64,000 nt of DNA. Source: a virus. A program made the position numbers and the translations under genes. Below, in pieces: positions 9,735 to 18,487 of this stretch. The DNA lies in the IMG/VR virus record IMGVR_UViG_3300042544_001941, one strand, 5' to 3'. The notes beneath the pieces were generated by a model, which was given only the letters and a program-made list of their open reading frames with translations, had not been told where the DNA came from and ran no database searches. Each line of letters starts with the position of its first letter. The first letter of the stretch is position 1.

Positions 9735-10476
9735 AATTTGCTACTATTTCTCCATCGTATTCTGTCAATTCTACTACGAGTGGTTTATTTGATGGTTCAT
9801 ATCTATCATTACAAGTTGATGCATTCACAAACAAAGTATCTTTAATGTGTGCAGCACCATAAGCTCCGTGGATATGACCAAACACGTGAACTAAAGGTTT
9901 TATTTCATCGACCCTATATCTTAACAATTCACAACCAACATTAACATCACCTTGTCTCCAATTACTAACAAAATCCCTTGCTTCGTTTGGCGGTCCGTGT
10001 GTTACTAATACATCAGTATCATCAGGAATCATCGACCAATAGTTTTTCAATTCGTCACCAAGTCTTGGTAAATTAAATGCCCAATTGTAAAATTCAGGTT
10101 GCCAAGGACTACCCCAAAATTTAATTGGTCTTGAGAATTCAGGAGATTCAATAATCAACTGACTATCTTCCAAATATGTAACATTAGATTGTGATAAATT
10201 TTCTTCATTCATTAAATTGTAATACCAATCGTATTCACCTTTATGATGAGGATATCTATGTTGTTCAAATGCAAAATCGTGATTACCCGCAATGAAAATT
10301 TTAGTATCAAATCCTTCGATATTCATAAACCATTCAACGAACTCTTTTACTTCGTGAGGTTTACCGACATTTGTACAATCACCTGCGTGAATTAATACAT
10401 CACCTTTTGGTAATGTTCCATAATCCTCCATTTTTTTATGGAGACTATGTGTATCGGATATACAAACGATTCTCAT
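9721..10476 (-). CDS. Metallophosphoesterase (calcineurin-like, MPPED/239FB type)
   Basis: ISDTH, HAGD, AGNHD, THGPP, FGHIH motifs. Confidence 0.9.
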   Translation of the reverse strand: MRIVCISDTHSLHKKMEDYGTLPKGDVLIHAGDCTNVGKPHEVKEFVEWFMNIEGFDTKIFIAGNHDFAFEQHRYPHHKGEYDWYYNLMNEENLSQSNVTYLEDSQLIIESPEFSRPIKFWGSPWQPEFYNWAFNLPRLGDELKNYWSMIPDDTDVLVTHGPPNEARDFVSNWRQGDVNVGCELLRYRVDEIKPLVHVFGHIHGAYGAAHIKDTLFVNASTCNDRYEPSNKPLVVELTEYDGEIVANYVEE

Positions 10477-10515
10477 ATTAGAAAATATAGATAAAATTAT
10501 CGACAAAGCAAAAAA

Positions 10516-10536
10516 AAGTCAGAAAAAATCTGACTT
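10516..10536 (-). terminator. Intrinsic terminator downstream of large ncRNA
   Basis: aagtcaga-N5-tctgactt followed by T-run on the minus strand. Confidence 0.65.
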
Positions 10537-10616
10537 AGTTTTTGGGGCCTTCGGTTTTCATAGAAAAAATAAGGTAATTCCACCACTTTGTTTTAATAAA
10601 CAAAGAAAATAAAAAA

Positions 10617-11419
10617 GGGCTGAGATTACACCATTTTGAGATTGACTTGGGGACATTATTTGATTCTTCCCTTATCCACTACCTTTTGAGTAGTACCAAT
10701 CAGCGGCGGTCAATTAGATTAACCAATCCTTAAGTCGTTATATACTCTTTTAATACTCATTACTCATCAAAGATGCCTCCCTGATTCAACCTTGCGGGTT
10801 TAGAGAACTTTTTTAAAAATCACATCGGGCTTGAGACCCTTTGTGGCCGTGAACCCCTCACGACTATGTAGCCACCTGTCTACAACGACTGACGAACACT
10901 TCTTCTTGTATGATTTTAAGTTGTTAAACCAAAATTAACAAAATTTAGTTATCCGAATTTGGAAAGTAGTGGTTCGTCACCTAGCCAAGCCACCTTTTGA
11001 GCGACTCGATACTAAACTACTCTCTGTAACATCCCTGCTACCATATTTTTGGACTCCTTCAATACTAAACTCTTGGTAGAGTCTAATAAAGGATGATAAC
11101 GACACCACTCGTACTTCACCATACCTTTCGGTTTTAAGATTCCCATCATATTGAATCACGTAATTGTATAGTTGGATAACTATATTTCTTACAATAACTC
11201 TATGGATTATTCTTGTTGGTGTTCCCACCTCAACCAAACAACTCGGATTGCTTGGTCATCAAACCACTTTCCCTAAAGTGTCACCCTCAGTACTTAAGGT
11301 TCGATGATATTCCACTTGCCTACTCGAGTTCCATTACTGAAACCGCAACTTACCTCAACCAAAGGTTCGTCACTTTATCCCACTTTCGTGGTTTATTTTA
11401 ATCGACCATAGGCGGCCAA
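10617..11419 (-). ncRNA. Large structured ncRNA, probably GOLLD
   Basis: ~800 nt without credible ORF, higher GC, many GNRA-capped hairpins (ccacGAAAgtgg, accGAAAggt, aacccGCAAggtt), own promoter plus boxA-like leader, near tRNAs; family call from memory. Confidence 0.7.
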
Positions 11420-11456
11420 TATTTTTAAATCAAAGAACTATTTCTTGTTTCTTTTA

Positions 11457-11487
11457 CAAAGATAAGAAAAGATTTTATAAAAACAAA
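11457..11487 (-). promoter_or_regulatory. Bacteroidota sigma70-type promoter of the large ncRNA
   Basis: TTTG-N19-TATCTTTG. Confidence 0.75.
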
Positions 11488-11500
11488 ATATTTTTAAAAA

Positions 11501-11722
11501 TTATTTTTTATTTTTTTTCTTTTCGGTCTTAACTTCATAAGAACCACCCATATCGTGTTGGACACCAACCGATTGTGTTTTTTTAACACCCTTCCATTCT
11601 GACTTAGGAATAAACTTCCATACACCACTCGCAACCTTTTGGTCAGCATCGATATCATCGGTTCTACGAATTTCACCTAATTTATAGGATTTTGTTTCTT
11701 TAATTGCTTGAATACATTTCAT
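11501..11722 (-). CDS. Small basic hypothetical protein
   Basis: 73-aa ORF with ATG and A-rich leader. Confidence 0.65.
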   Translation of the reverse strand: MKCIQAIKETKSYKLGEIRRTDDIDADQKVASGVWKFIPKSEWKGVKKTQSVGVQHDMGGSYEVKTEKKKNKK

Positions 11723-11733
11723 ATTTTATAAAT

Positions 11734-12090
11734 TTAATTTTTCCAAAAAAGAGATATTAAAATTATGGTGGAAGCCAATAATAACTGAACCATAGTTTTC
11801 ATTGTGAATGGTTGACCGAAGTGATATGGGTATAACACCGCAGCTACAAAGATACCTGTAACAAAAAACAGAAACCTATTACTCCACATTTCTCCATTAA
11901 ATGCTTTCACACCATAGTGAGATGCGGTTATCCAAATGAAAGTACAAACAATCGATATTAGATACGGCCAAGGGGTTTTAATCCAATCAGGTAACCTAAA
12001 TTGCCAATACATAATATACCAATGACCAAATGAACCTATTAGGAACAAAAGTATTGAATATGTAAGATATAACATTTGTTGTTTTAACAT
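11734..12090 (-). CDS. Four-TM membrane protein
   Basis: Four hydrophobic segments; start uncertain. Confidence 0.65.
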   Translation of the reverse strand: MLKQQMLYLTYSILLFLIGSFGHWYIMYWQFRLPDWIKTPWPYLISIVCTFIWITASHYGVKAFNGEMWSNRFLFFVTGIFVAAVLYPYHFGQPFTMKTMVQLLLASTIILISLFWKN

Positions 12091-12142
12091 AGTATAATAT
12101 AAAACAATAAATTGGTATTTCCAAATATTTATAAAAAATACT

Positions 12143-12625
12143 TTGATGAACTTCACCGATTTACTTATTGAAATGATTGAGGATGAGTTGAAAAAACTCC
12201 GCTCAATGGGTAAGGAGGATATTGATAGAATAGATGCGGGTCCTTACAAGATGTTCCTCCTAAAAAATCAAACATTTCATTATGATTCACTTTATGATGT
12301 GGCTTTAACATCTGACGAAGAAGATTTTACAACTCCACACGCTCAAAGAGACAGACCCATCGGACATCAAATGATTGATATTGCTCGTAATTGGAAAAGA
12401 TTATCCAATAAATTAAGACAATGGTCAATCGAGTATGGTGATTTAAGAGTTGGTTCTATGAATAGAAACAAAACTGCAAAATATAGAAGAATTCTATCCA
12501 CAATTGAATTACCTGTGGGTCCACTTGTTGAGGTACCGACGGGTAGTTATTTTATTTTATACGGACCTAAAGAATCGTCAGATTTTAATAATGTGGACCA
12601 GCCTGGACTCGAACCAGAGACCTAA
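12143..12625 (+). CDS. Hypothetical protein (3' end overlaps tRNA antisense)
   Basis: TATTTATA upstream; last ~10 codons lie within tRNA-Ile2 on the opposite strand. Confidence 0.6.
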   Translation: MMNFTDLLIEMIEDELKKLRSMGKEDIDRIDAGPYKMFLLKNQTFHYDSLYDVALTSDEEDFTTPHAQRDRPIGHQMIDIARNWKRLSNKLRQWSIEYGDLRVGSMNRNKTAKYRRILSTIELPVGPLVEVPTGSYFILYGPKESSDFNNVDQPGLEPET

Positions 12626-12667
12626 TGATTATGAGTCATTTGCTCTAACCAACTGAGCTACAAGTCC
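12594..12667 (-). tRNA. tRNA-Ile2 (CAT), possibly elongator Met
   Basis: GGACTTGTAGCTCAGTTGGTTAGAGCA..., anticodon loop CTCATAA, Ile2-like acceptor. Confidence 0.85.
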
Positions 12668-12672
12668 AAATG

Positions 12673-12746
12673 TGATTCCGTTTGGATTCGAACCAAAGAC
12701 CCACATCTTAGAAGGATGTTGCTCTATCCAACTGAGCTACGGAACC
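12673..12746 (-). tRNA. tRNA-Arg(TCT)
   Basis: Cloverleaf, ACATC-CTTCTAA-GATGT. Confidence 0.93.
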
Positions 12747-12786
12747 AAATTAAACACTATCGTCTTTGAAAGTTTTTATTTAAACG

Positions 12787-13035
12787 TTATGCCTTACGGC
12801 TTGTTGTTATTCTACTCTCAAGTTTATCTAAACGTGAATCCAATACTCGATAAACATCGTTTATTGCACTTTCACGTTCTCTGTTTTGAATTTCAATTTC
12901 TCTTCCGAGACATTGTTCTACTTCTCTAATTTCTTTGTTTAGTTTGTTCACCCTAACAAAGGCTATAACCGCAACTACCGCAACTGCGATAACCACAACT
13001 ATAGACATTCCTAAAATAAATGATAATATATCCAT
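12787..13035 (-). CDS. Small TM + coiled-coil protein inside tRNA array
   Basis: MDILSFILGMSIVVVIAVAVVAVIAF; preceded by AAAGGAG 8 nt before ATG. Confidence 0.7.
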   Translation of the reverse strand: MDILSFILGMSIVVVIAVAVVAVIAFVRVNKLNKEIREVEQCLGREIEIQNRERESAINDVYRVLDSRLDKLESRITTSRKA

Positions 13036-13074
13036 ATTGTTTTCTCCTTTATTTCCAAAGAACGATAGTGTTTG

Positions 13075-13160
13075 TACCTGGAGCGGGAATCGAACCCGCA
13101 CGGACCTTACGGTCCAACAGATTTTAAGTCTGTCTTGTCTACCTATTCCAACACCCAGGC
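13075..13160 (-). tRNA. tRNA-Leu(TAA)
   Basis: Long variable arm, ACAGA-CTTAAAA-TCTGT. Confidence 0.93.
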
Positions 13161-13255
13161 AGTTTTAATACCACAACCTCAAAGAACTCTAAATAAAATA
13201 TAAGGAAAAAAACTAATAAAACAAAAAACCCGAACAAAAAATATTCGGGAGGTAG

Positions 13256-13327
13256 TACTCGGTACGGGATTCGAACCCGTGCTACGTCCGTGAAAGGGAC
13301 GCGACCTAACCACTAGTCGAACCGAGC
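13256..13327 (-). tRNA. tRNA-Glu(TTC)
   Basis: CGTCC-CTTTCAC-GGACG. Confidence 0.93.
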
Positions 13328-13332
13328 AAGTG

Positions 13333-13419
13333 CGGAGGCTCAGGGATTCGAACCCCAGATACCGTTTCCAGTATGACGGTTTTCAAGACCGTTCCATTCA
13401 ACCACTCTGGCAAGCCTCC
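13333..13419 (-). tRNA. tRNA-Ser(TGA)
   Basis: Long variable arm, ACGGT-CTTGAAA-ACCGT, G73. Confidence 0.93.
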
Positions 13420-13423
13420 AATC

Positions 13424-13585
13424 GTTGTTTCAACTTGCAAGTTTACTCTTAACATCTCTTTCTCTACAACGTCTGAACTTAATCACATTTGTAGTCCGAA
13501 TGTGGCGTTGGGTAATTACTCCGTGCCTCTATGTAACTCTATATACCTTGCTTTGTTACTAAGCGTGTTAAGTGTATGAAACAAC
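13424..13585 (-). ncRNA. Unidentified ~160-nt structured RNA between tRNA-Asp and tRNA-Ser
   Basis: Closing stem GTTGTTTCA/TGAAACAAC, inner TACACTTAACA/TGTTAAGAGTA, CAACG/CGTTG, CACATT/AATGTG. Confidence 0.5.
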
Positions 13586-13588
13586 TTG

Positions 13589-13662
13589 CGGACCGGACGG
13601 GACTCGAACCCGCGACCTCCGCCGTGACAGGGCGGCATTCTAACCAACTGAACTACCAATCC
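13589..13662 (-). tRNA. tRNA-Asp(GTC)
   Basis: CCGCC-CTGTCAC-GGCGG. Confidence 0.95.
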
Positions 13663-13666
13663 AATA

Positions 13667-13743
13667 TTGATTCTAACTCACCTTAAGTTGCACCATCCAA
13701 GTCACTGCTCTGGTTGACAAAGTCCTCGTTGAGTTAGTCTCAA
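13667..13743 (-). ncRNA. Unidentified ~75-nt structured RNA between tRNA-fMet and tRNA-Asp
   Basis: Closing stem TTGA..CTAACTCA/TGAGTTAG..TCAA with internal GTCA/TGAC hairpin. Confidence 0.4.
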
Positions 13744-13746
13744 GTG

Positions 13747-13818
13747 TTGCGAGAGAGGGAATCGAACCCCCGACCTAAAGGTTATGAGCCTTCCGAGCTA
13801 CCGCTGCTCTATCTCGCG
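13747..13818 (-). tRNA. Initiator tRNA-fMet(CAT)
   Basis: C1.A72 mismatch, CAT anticodon, GAAGG/CCTTT anticodon stem. Confidence 0.88.
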
Positions 13819-13830
13819 ATGTTTGTTTTA

Positions 13831-13861
13831 CAAAGATAATAAATATATATGAATATACAAA
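13831..13861 (-). promoter_or_regulatory. Bacteroidota sigma70-type promoter of tRNA array
   Basis: TTTG-N19-TATCTTTG. Confidence 0.75.
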
Positions 13862-14002
13862 ATTATTCTTTGTTCATTTTTTTTATTTGTTCACGGAACG
13901 TGAACATTAACAATTTATGAACATTTAAAAATATAGGCAACATTGCCGAATTAAAACGATATAAAGTTTATACTAATAGTCATCATTGTCATATTTATTA
14001 GT

Positions 14003-14536
14003 ATGACAAACAGACTAAACGTATCGCTCTTACCGATACTGTACATCCTATTCGTGGGCTTATTGGTAAGGATTTTTCAACCGATTGAGGACCCAAAATC
14101 CGTCTACGTGGATAAAGTAGAGAACAAAGTGATTATTGGTAAAATGGCTAATAATCGAAATTTAGCTTTTGGGGCTAAAAACATTTTCCAAGAAATTTTA
14201 CAAGATAAGGATTATCTAATTGTCGAAGACATTACTAAAGCTGATTTAGTTTTTAGTGCTGAAATCTTATTTTTTGACGTTAATAAAACCAAGACTAATA
14301 TCTCAGTATTTCATTCAGATAAAGAAGAGACTTTGGTGGTAATGCGAGGTAAGTTAACAACTAAAGAAGGTAAGAAAATCAAAGAGGCAGTTGCCGAAGA
14401 ATCAAGTTCAGAAATCTCGACATCAACATTAATAACCGATGAAGGTAGTGATAAAATAAATCAACAAGCTCTTTCATCCGCGATTAAAAAGACGTGTGAA
14501 TCTTTAATAAATAAAGTGTTTTCAATTAAAAAGTAA
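14003..14536 (+). CDS. CsgG/LptE-fold-like envelope protein (paralog of 22637 ORF)
   Basis: N-terminal hydrophobic segment; FGAKNIFQEIL...INQQALSSAIKK parallels LGVANITMEYL...FNQSTISISTKK. Confidence 0.5.
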   Translation: MTNRLNVSLLPILYILFVGLLVRIFQPIEDPKSVYVDKVENKVIIGKMANNRNLAFGAKNIFQEILQDKDYLIVEDITKADLVFSAEILFFDVNKTKTNISVFHSDKEETLVVMRGKLTTKEGKKIKEAVAEESSSEISTSTLITDEGSDKINQQALSSAIKKTCESLINKVFSIKK

Positions 14537-14538
14537 AA

Positions 14539-16188
14539 ATGAAAAAATTATTAATTATCGGTGTGTTTTTATTATCCACCATTTCAACATTTGCTCAACT
14601 AACAGTCAATCAAACTATAACCCCAACAACGGGATTAAAGGTTGGTGACACATTAACGGTTAAGTACACTGTAACTAGAGGGACAACGACACCAAGATAT
14701 TTTTGGTTGAGGTATTCTTTTAACAATAAAGCGTTAGCTATGGTATCAAACAGTACTGTGTTCTCACAAGGTAGTTCAACTCAAACGTTTTTTACCGGTT
14801 GGAATAACTATAAGTTTACACCGGCACCGAATGTTGCTGATACACAATTATATGCACAATACACCACAACTCCTTGGGGATATGCCGCAAATAACGATTG
14901 GAATGTTGGTCAAATCACAGTTCAGAGAACTGATGCTGCAATCAACGGGGATATTGCAACTCAAAAATTTGTATTGAAGGACCAAAACACATATAATGAT
15001 ATTCATAAATTAGATTTATCATATGCAATTAATGACGCATCTACTAATATATCACCAATTACAAGAAGCTCAACAAATATTTCATTAAGTGGTGTTGTTG
15101 GGAATACTTCACAATTTAAAGTGAAAGTTTTATTCCCACAAGGATATGCAATTACTGACCATAATGTTCAATTAATGAAATTAAAAACAGATGGTAGTGG
15201 TACTATTGATTGGTCACAACAACCAATTGCTCAATTACCTTTAGATGCAACGGGTGAGGCATTATTTACAACACAAGTTAAAGTTGGTGATAGTTTAGGT
15301 GTGTTTGTTAGTCCTGCATCACAAAAGGCTTGGATGAATAATGTTATTACAGTTTCAGACGCATACAAAGCGTTTTTAGGACATTCACAAACAGATATAT
15401 CAGGAACTGCGAACTTCTTTACTTATCCAAATTTAGAGAAGAAGGTTGGTAACATCACTAAAAATGATAGTGTATTTAATGAATCAGATTCATATTACTC
15501 ATTTGCTTATGTTATGGGTCAAGACGTTTCAACAAATGCGTTCATTCCAACACAAGCGGCAACTTCTTGGAGATGGCATAGTGGTTTATTAAATCAAAAT
15601 TGGTTAGACGGTAATATCAAAAATAAAGTTACAATTGATACTCCCGTTAAAGAAGTATTTGCAGTTTACGCGTGGGGTGGTGACTTAAACTGGTCACATT
15701 CATCAGACCCTGCGGTAATTGCTAGTAGAATAAGTGCTGGACAATATACAAACTCAGTGAATTCAATTAATACTAAGACATCGATGTCAACACAATCAAT
15801 GTCATATAAAGCTGAGTCCGTTGAGACCGCTAAGTTAAGTGTAACATCAACATTAGAAAATGGTAAGGTTGTATTAACTACAAACTTAACAAAAGAAGGA
15901 TTGGCAGGATTGGAAGTTATTATGAATTATGACGAATCGAAATTAACATTGGATAATGTAATATTTGATGCAGGTTCTACAATAACAAACTTTTCAACAC
16001 ACAAAGACGGTAGATTAACTTTTGGTTCAATTGACCAATTGAAAACTGCAAGAATTAAGACAGGAACTCCGTATAAGTTGATATTCACACCAAAAACAAC
16101 TTTAACAAATACCGCCGGTTTATTCTACTTTGTTTTATCTGATGCTGTTGATGCGAAAGGAAATAAAGTTGATTTAATCGTCGAGTAA
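14539..16188 (+). CDS. Secreted protein with cohesin-like and dockerin-like domains
   Basis: Sec signal MKKLLIIG..FAQ; VSDAYKAF..GNITKNDSVFNESD; WGGDLNWSHS; C-terminal LAGLEVIMNYD beta-sandwich. Confidence 0.6.
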   Translation: MKKLLIIGVFLLSTISTFAQLTVNQTITPTTGLKVGDTLTVKYTVTRGTTTPRYFWLRYSFNNKALAMVSNSTVFSQGSSTQTFFTGWNNYKFTPAPNVADTQLYAQYTTTPWGYAANNDWNVGQITVQRTDAAINGDIATQKFVLKDQNTYNDIHKLDLSYAINDASTNISPITRSSTNISLSGVVGNTSQFKVKVLFPQGYAITDHNVQLMKLKTDGSGTIDWSQQPIAQLPLDATGEALFTTQVKVGDSLGVFVSPASQKAWMNNVITVSDAYKAFLGHSQTDISGTANFFTYPNLEKKVGNITKNDSVFNESDSYYSFAYVMGQDVSTNAFIPTQAATSWRWHSGLLNQNWLDGNIKNKVTIDTPVKEVFAVYAWGGDLNWSHSSDPAVIASRISAGQYTNSVNSINTKTSMSTQSMSYKAESVETAKLSVTSTLENGKVVLTTNLTKEGLAGLEVIMNYDESKLTLDNVIFDAGSTITNFSTHKDGRLTFGSIDQLKTARIKTGTPYKLIFTPKTTLTNTAGLFYFVLSDAVDAKGNKVDLIVE

Positions 16189-16189
16189 T

Positions 16190-18487
16190 ATGAAGAAACT
16201 ATTAGTAATATGTTTTTTACTAATTTCATTTTTAGGGTTCGGACAGAGCGTATCTGCTCCGGACTCTAAATCATTTATACCATCCACAACTGGACAAGAC
16301 GCAAGTGGATTTGTATTAAATGGTTTTAGTTCTACCTCAACACTTTTAGCATCGATTAGTTTAGTAAATCCACCATCAGGTACAACATTTACATTAAACA
16401 CCACAACAGGTTTAACTGCTGCAAGTGGATTTACATTATCGGGTAATAAGACTCGTTTGGTAGTAACGGGAACGATGGCAAGTATCAATACCGCATTAGC
16501 ATCCCTAAAAGTAAACACAGGTTCGGTAAGAGGTAATGTTTTATTATCAGTAGCGGCAACCGTCAATCCGACGGGATATTTTTATAACGGAACAAATGGA
16601 CACTTTTATAGACCAATATCAACCGGAGCGACTTATACAAATGCTAGAACACTATCATCACAACAAACATTCAAAGGTCAACAAGGATACTTAGTAACAA
16701 TTACTTCCGCAGATGAAGATGCATTTATTTTTAATAATGTACCTCAATCAAATATATGGTTTGCATTAACCGATGAAGCAAGTGAAGCAAGATGGACAAT
16801 TGATGCTGGACCTGAAGCGGGAACTCTAATTAAAATAAATAACGGACAACTAAACGGAAATATTCCTGGTCAATACAATAACTGGGCACCAGGTGAACCA
16901 AACAATAGTGGTAACGAAGATTATGCAGTAACAAAATGGAATGGTTCTCAATGGAACGATTTACCAAACCATTTTTCAAATCCGTATGTGGTTGAATTTG
17001 GAACTTGGACTAATCCTGATGATGCAACATTTACAGAGTTTTATACAAATTCGGTGACCCACTCAAACGGAGAAGTCCTAACCGCAAGATTTAATTTTGA
17101 TTTTGGTGGTAATGTGGATGAAACTAAATTCACCGCCAAAGCAAATACTTTTGTAAATAATGTATGGGGTACAACAACTAACACATCGAGAGCAATAAGT
17201 GGATTAGGTAAGGTTGATATTACAAATGATTTAGATACTGCAAAAATAAGTAATGGTGGTGTTAGAGCAACAACAACCACAGGACAAGTAGAATGGTGTG
17301 TGATATATGATTATGATGTAACCAATCAAAGATATAGAATTGGAATAGATAGTAGAGAAGTAAATGGAATAGTTACAAACCCATCTACAATTAGTAGTTT
17401 ACAATTATTTGATTTATGGAACGGTCCAGTAACATTTAATTCTTATAATGCAAATGGTTGGACTGAGGTTTATGTTTATACCTCAACACAATTTAATTTC
17501 TCAGGTTCGTCTTTCGCATCATCTATAAGGGCAGGAAATGGATTTTACGGATTAAAAGCTGAATTTACATTCACACCAACAACTTCGTATAAACAACACG
17601 GTATCGATTTATCATATACCAATCAAACCGAATTAAACACTTTATATAATAGTGTTGTAACGGTATCGGATGTGTTTATAGCATTTAAAGAATTATCAAA
17701 TGGTGGGATATTTGGAGACCAAAGTGGATTAGAATTTACATCGGGTATTCAATTTATGAACGCAGATGTAGATGGTAATGGTATTTTTAATGAAGCGGAT
17801 ACTTACAAATTATTACAACATTTAACAGGGGTTGCGCCGCTAACACAATATTCTACTTTAACTTATTTGATGAAATTATATGGTAAAACTGAATATGATG
17901 CAATAACTAAATCCAATTGGAGTAGTCAATTTAACTCAACAAGAAGTTTGTACCCATTTAATTTGAATAGTGGTACGTTGAATAACACTTACAACGTAAA
18001 TGTAACTTGGGTCGGTGATGTGAATCTATCACATTCGGCTCGACAAACAACAAGTGGTGTTGCAAGTAATTCAATTAGAACTATGAGTTTATTAACTATG
18101 AGTTCATCAGTTCCTAATCAAATCGATGCAACTCTTATGGGTGAAAACATCGGTGGTAAAGTTGTGATAACAATTTCGGTAGACCCTTTACAACAAGAAT
18201 TAGTAGGAACTCAATTCCAAGTAAATTATGATAATACCTCATTAGAATTTCAAAAGGTAGATTTTACAACAAAGGGTAATCCTACAAATTTTGGAACAGA
18301 CAGAGGTACGTATGTCACATTAGGTTCGTTAATTACAGATGGTTCAAATACATTGGATAAAACAACTGAATACAAAATAACATTCATACCAAAAGTCGGC
18401 ATTCAAGGAATATTGGGATTAACATCAATATCAACAACAGATGCAGTTAATAAAGACGGAAAACAATTAAAGGTGAAATTAAACTAA
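16190..18487 (+). CDS. Secreted C-type-lectin + dockerin + cohesin protein
   Basis: Signal peptide; GYLVTITSADE..WFAL..YNNWAPGEPNN..EDY..WNDL (CTLD); ADVDGNGIFNEAD (dockerin-type loop); LVGTQFQVNYD (cohesin-like). Confidence 0.7.
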   Translation: MKKLLVICFLLISFLGFGQSVSAPDSKSFIPSTTGQDASGFVLNGFSSTSTLLASISLVNPPSGTTFTLNTTTGLTAASGFTLSGNKTRLVVTGTMASINTALASLKVNTGSVRGNVLLSVAATVNPTGYFYNGTNGHFYRPISTGATYTNARTLSSQQTFKGQQGYLVTITSADEDAFIFNNVPQSNIWFALTDEASEARWTIDAGPEAGTLIKINNGQLNGNIPGQYNNWAPGEPNNSGNEDYAVTKWNGSQWNDLPNHFSNPYVVEFGTWTNPDDATFTEFYTNSVTHSNGEVLTARFNFDFGGNVDETKFTAKANTFVNNVWGTTTNTSRAISGLGKVDITNDLDTAKISNGGVRATTTTGQVEWCVIYDYDVTNQRYRIGIDSREVNGIVTNPSTISSLQLFDLWNGPVTFNSYNANGWTEVYVYTSTQFNFSGSSFASSIRAGNGFYGLKAEFTFTPTTSYKQHGIDLSYTNQTELNTLYNSVVTVSDVFIAFKELSNGGIFGDQSGLEFTSGIQFMNADVDGNGIFNEADTYKLLQHLTGVAPLTQYSTLTYLMKLYGKTEYDAITKSNWSSQFNSTRSLYPFNLNSGTLNNTYNVNVTWVGDVNLSHSARQTTSGVASNSIRTMSLLTMSSSVPNQIDATLMGENIGGKVVITISVDPLQQELVGTQFQVNYDNTSLEFQKVDFTTKGNPTNFGTDRGTYVTLGSLITDGSNTLDKTTEYKITFIPKVGIQGILGLTSISTTDAVNKDGKQLKVKLN

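Noticed and set aside
10977-11401. ORFs 10977-11237(-) and 11213-11401(+)
   Set aside because: They have GTG/TTG starts, atypical composition, and lie within the structured ncRNA
10617-11419. Group I/II intron or RNase P interpretation of the large RNA
   Set aside because: It does not interrupt a gene and has its own promoter and terminator; no domain V, P7 or RNase P P4 consensus was recognised
12672-13579. ORFs overlapping tRNAs (12672-12929, 12935-13168, 13373-13579) and the 5' extension to 13101
   Set aside because: Antisense or overlapping shadows of tRNA genes
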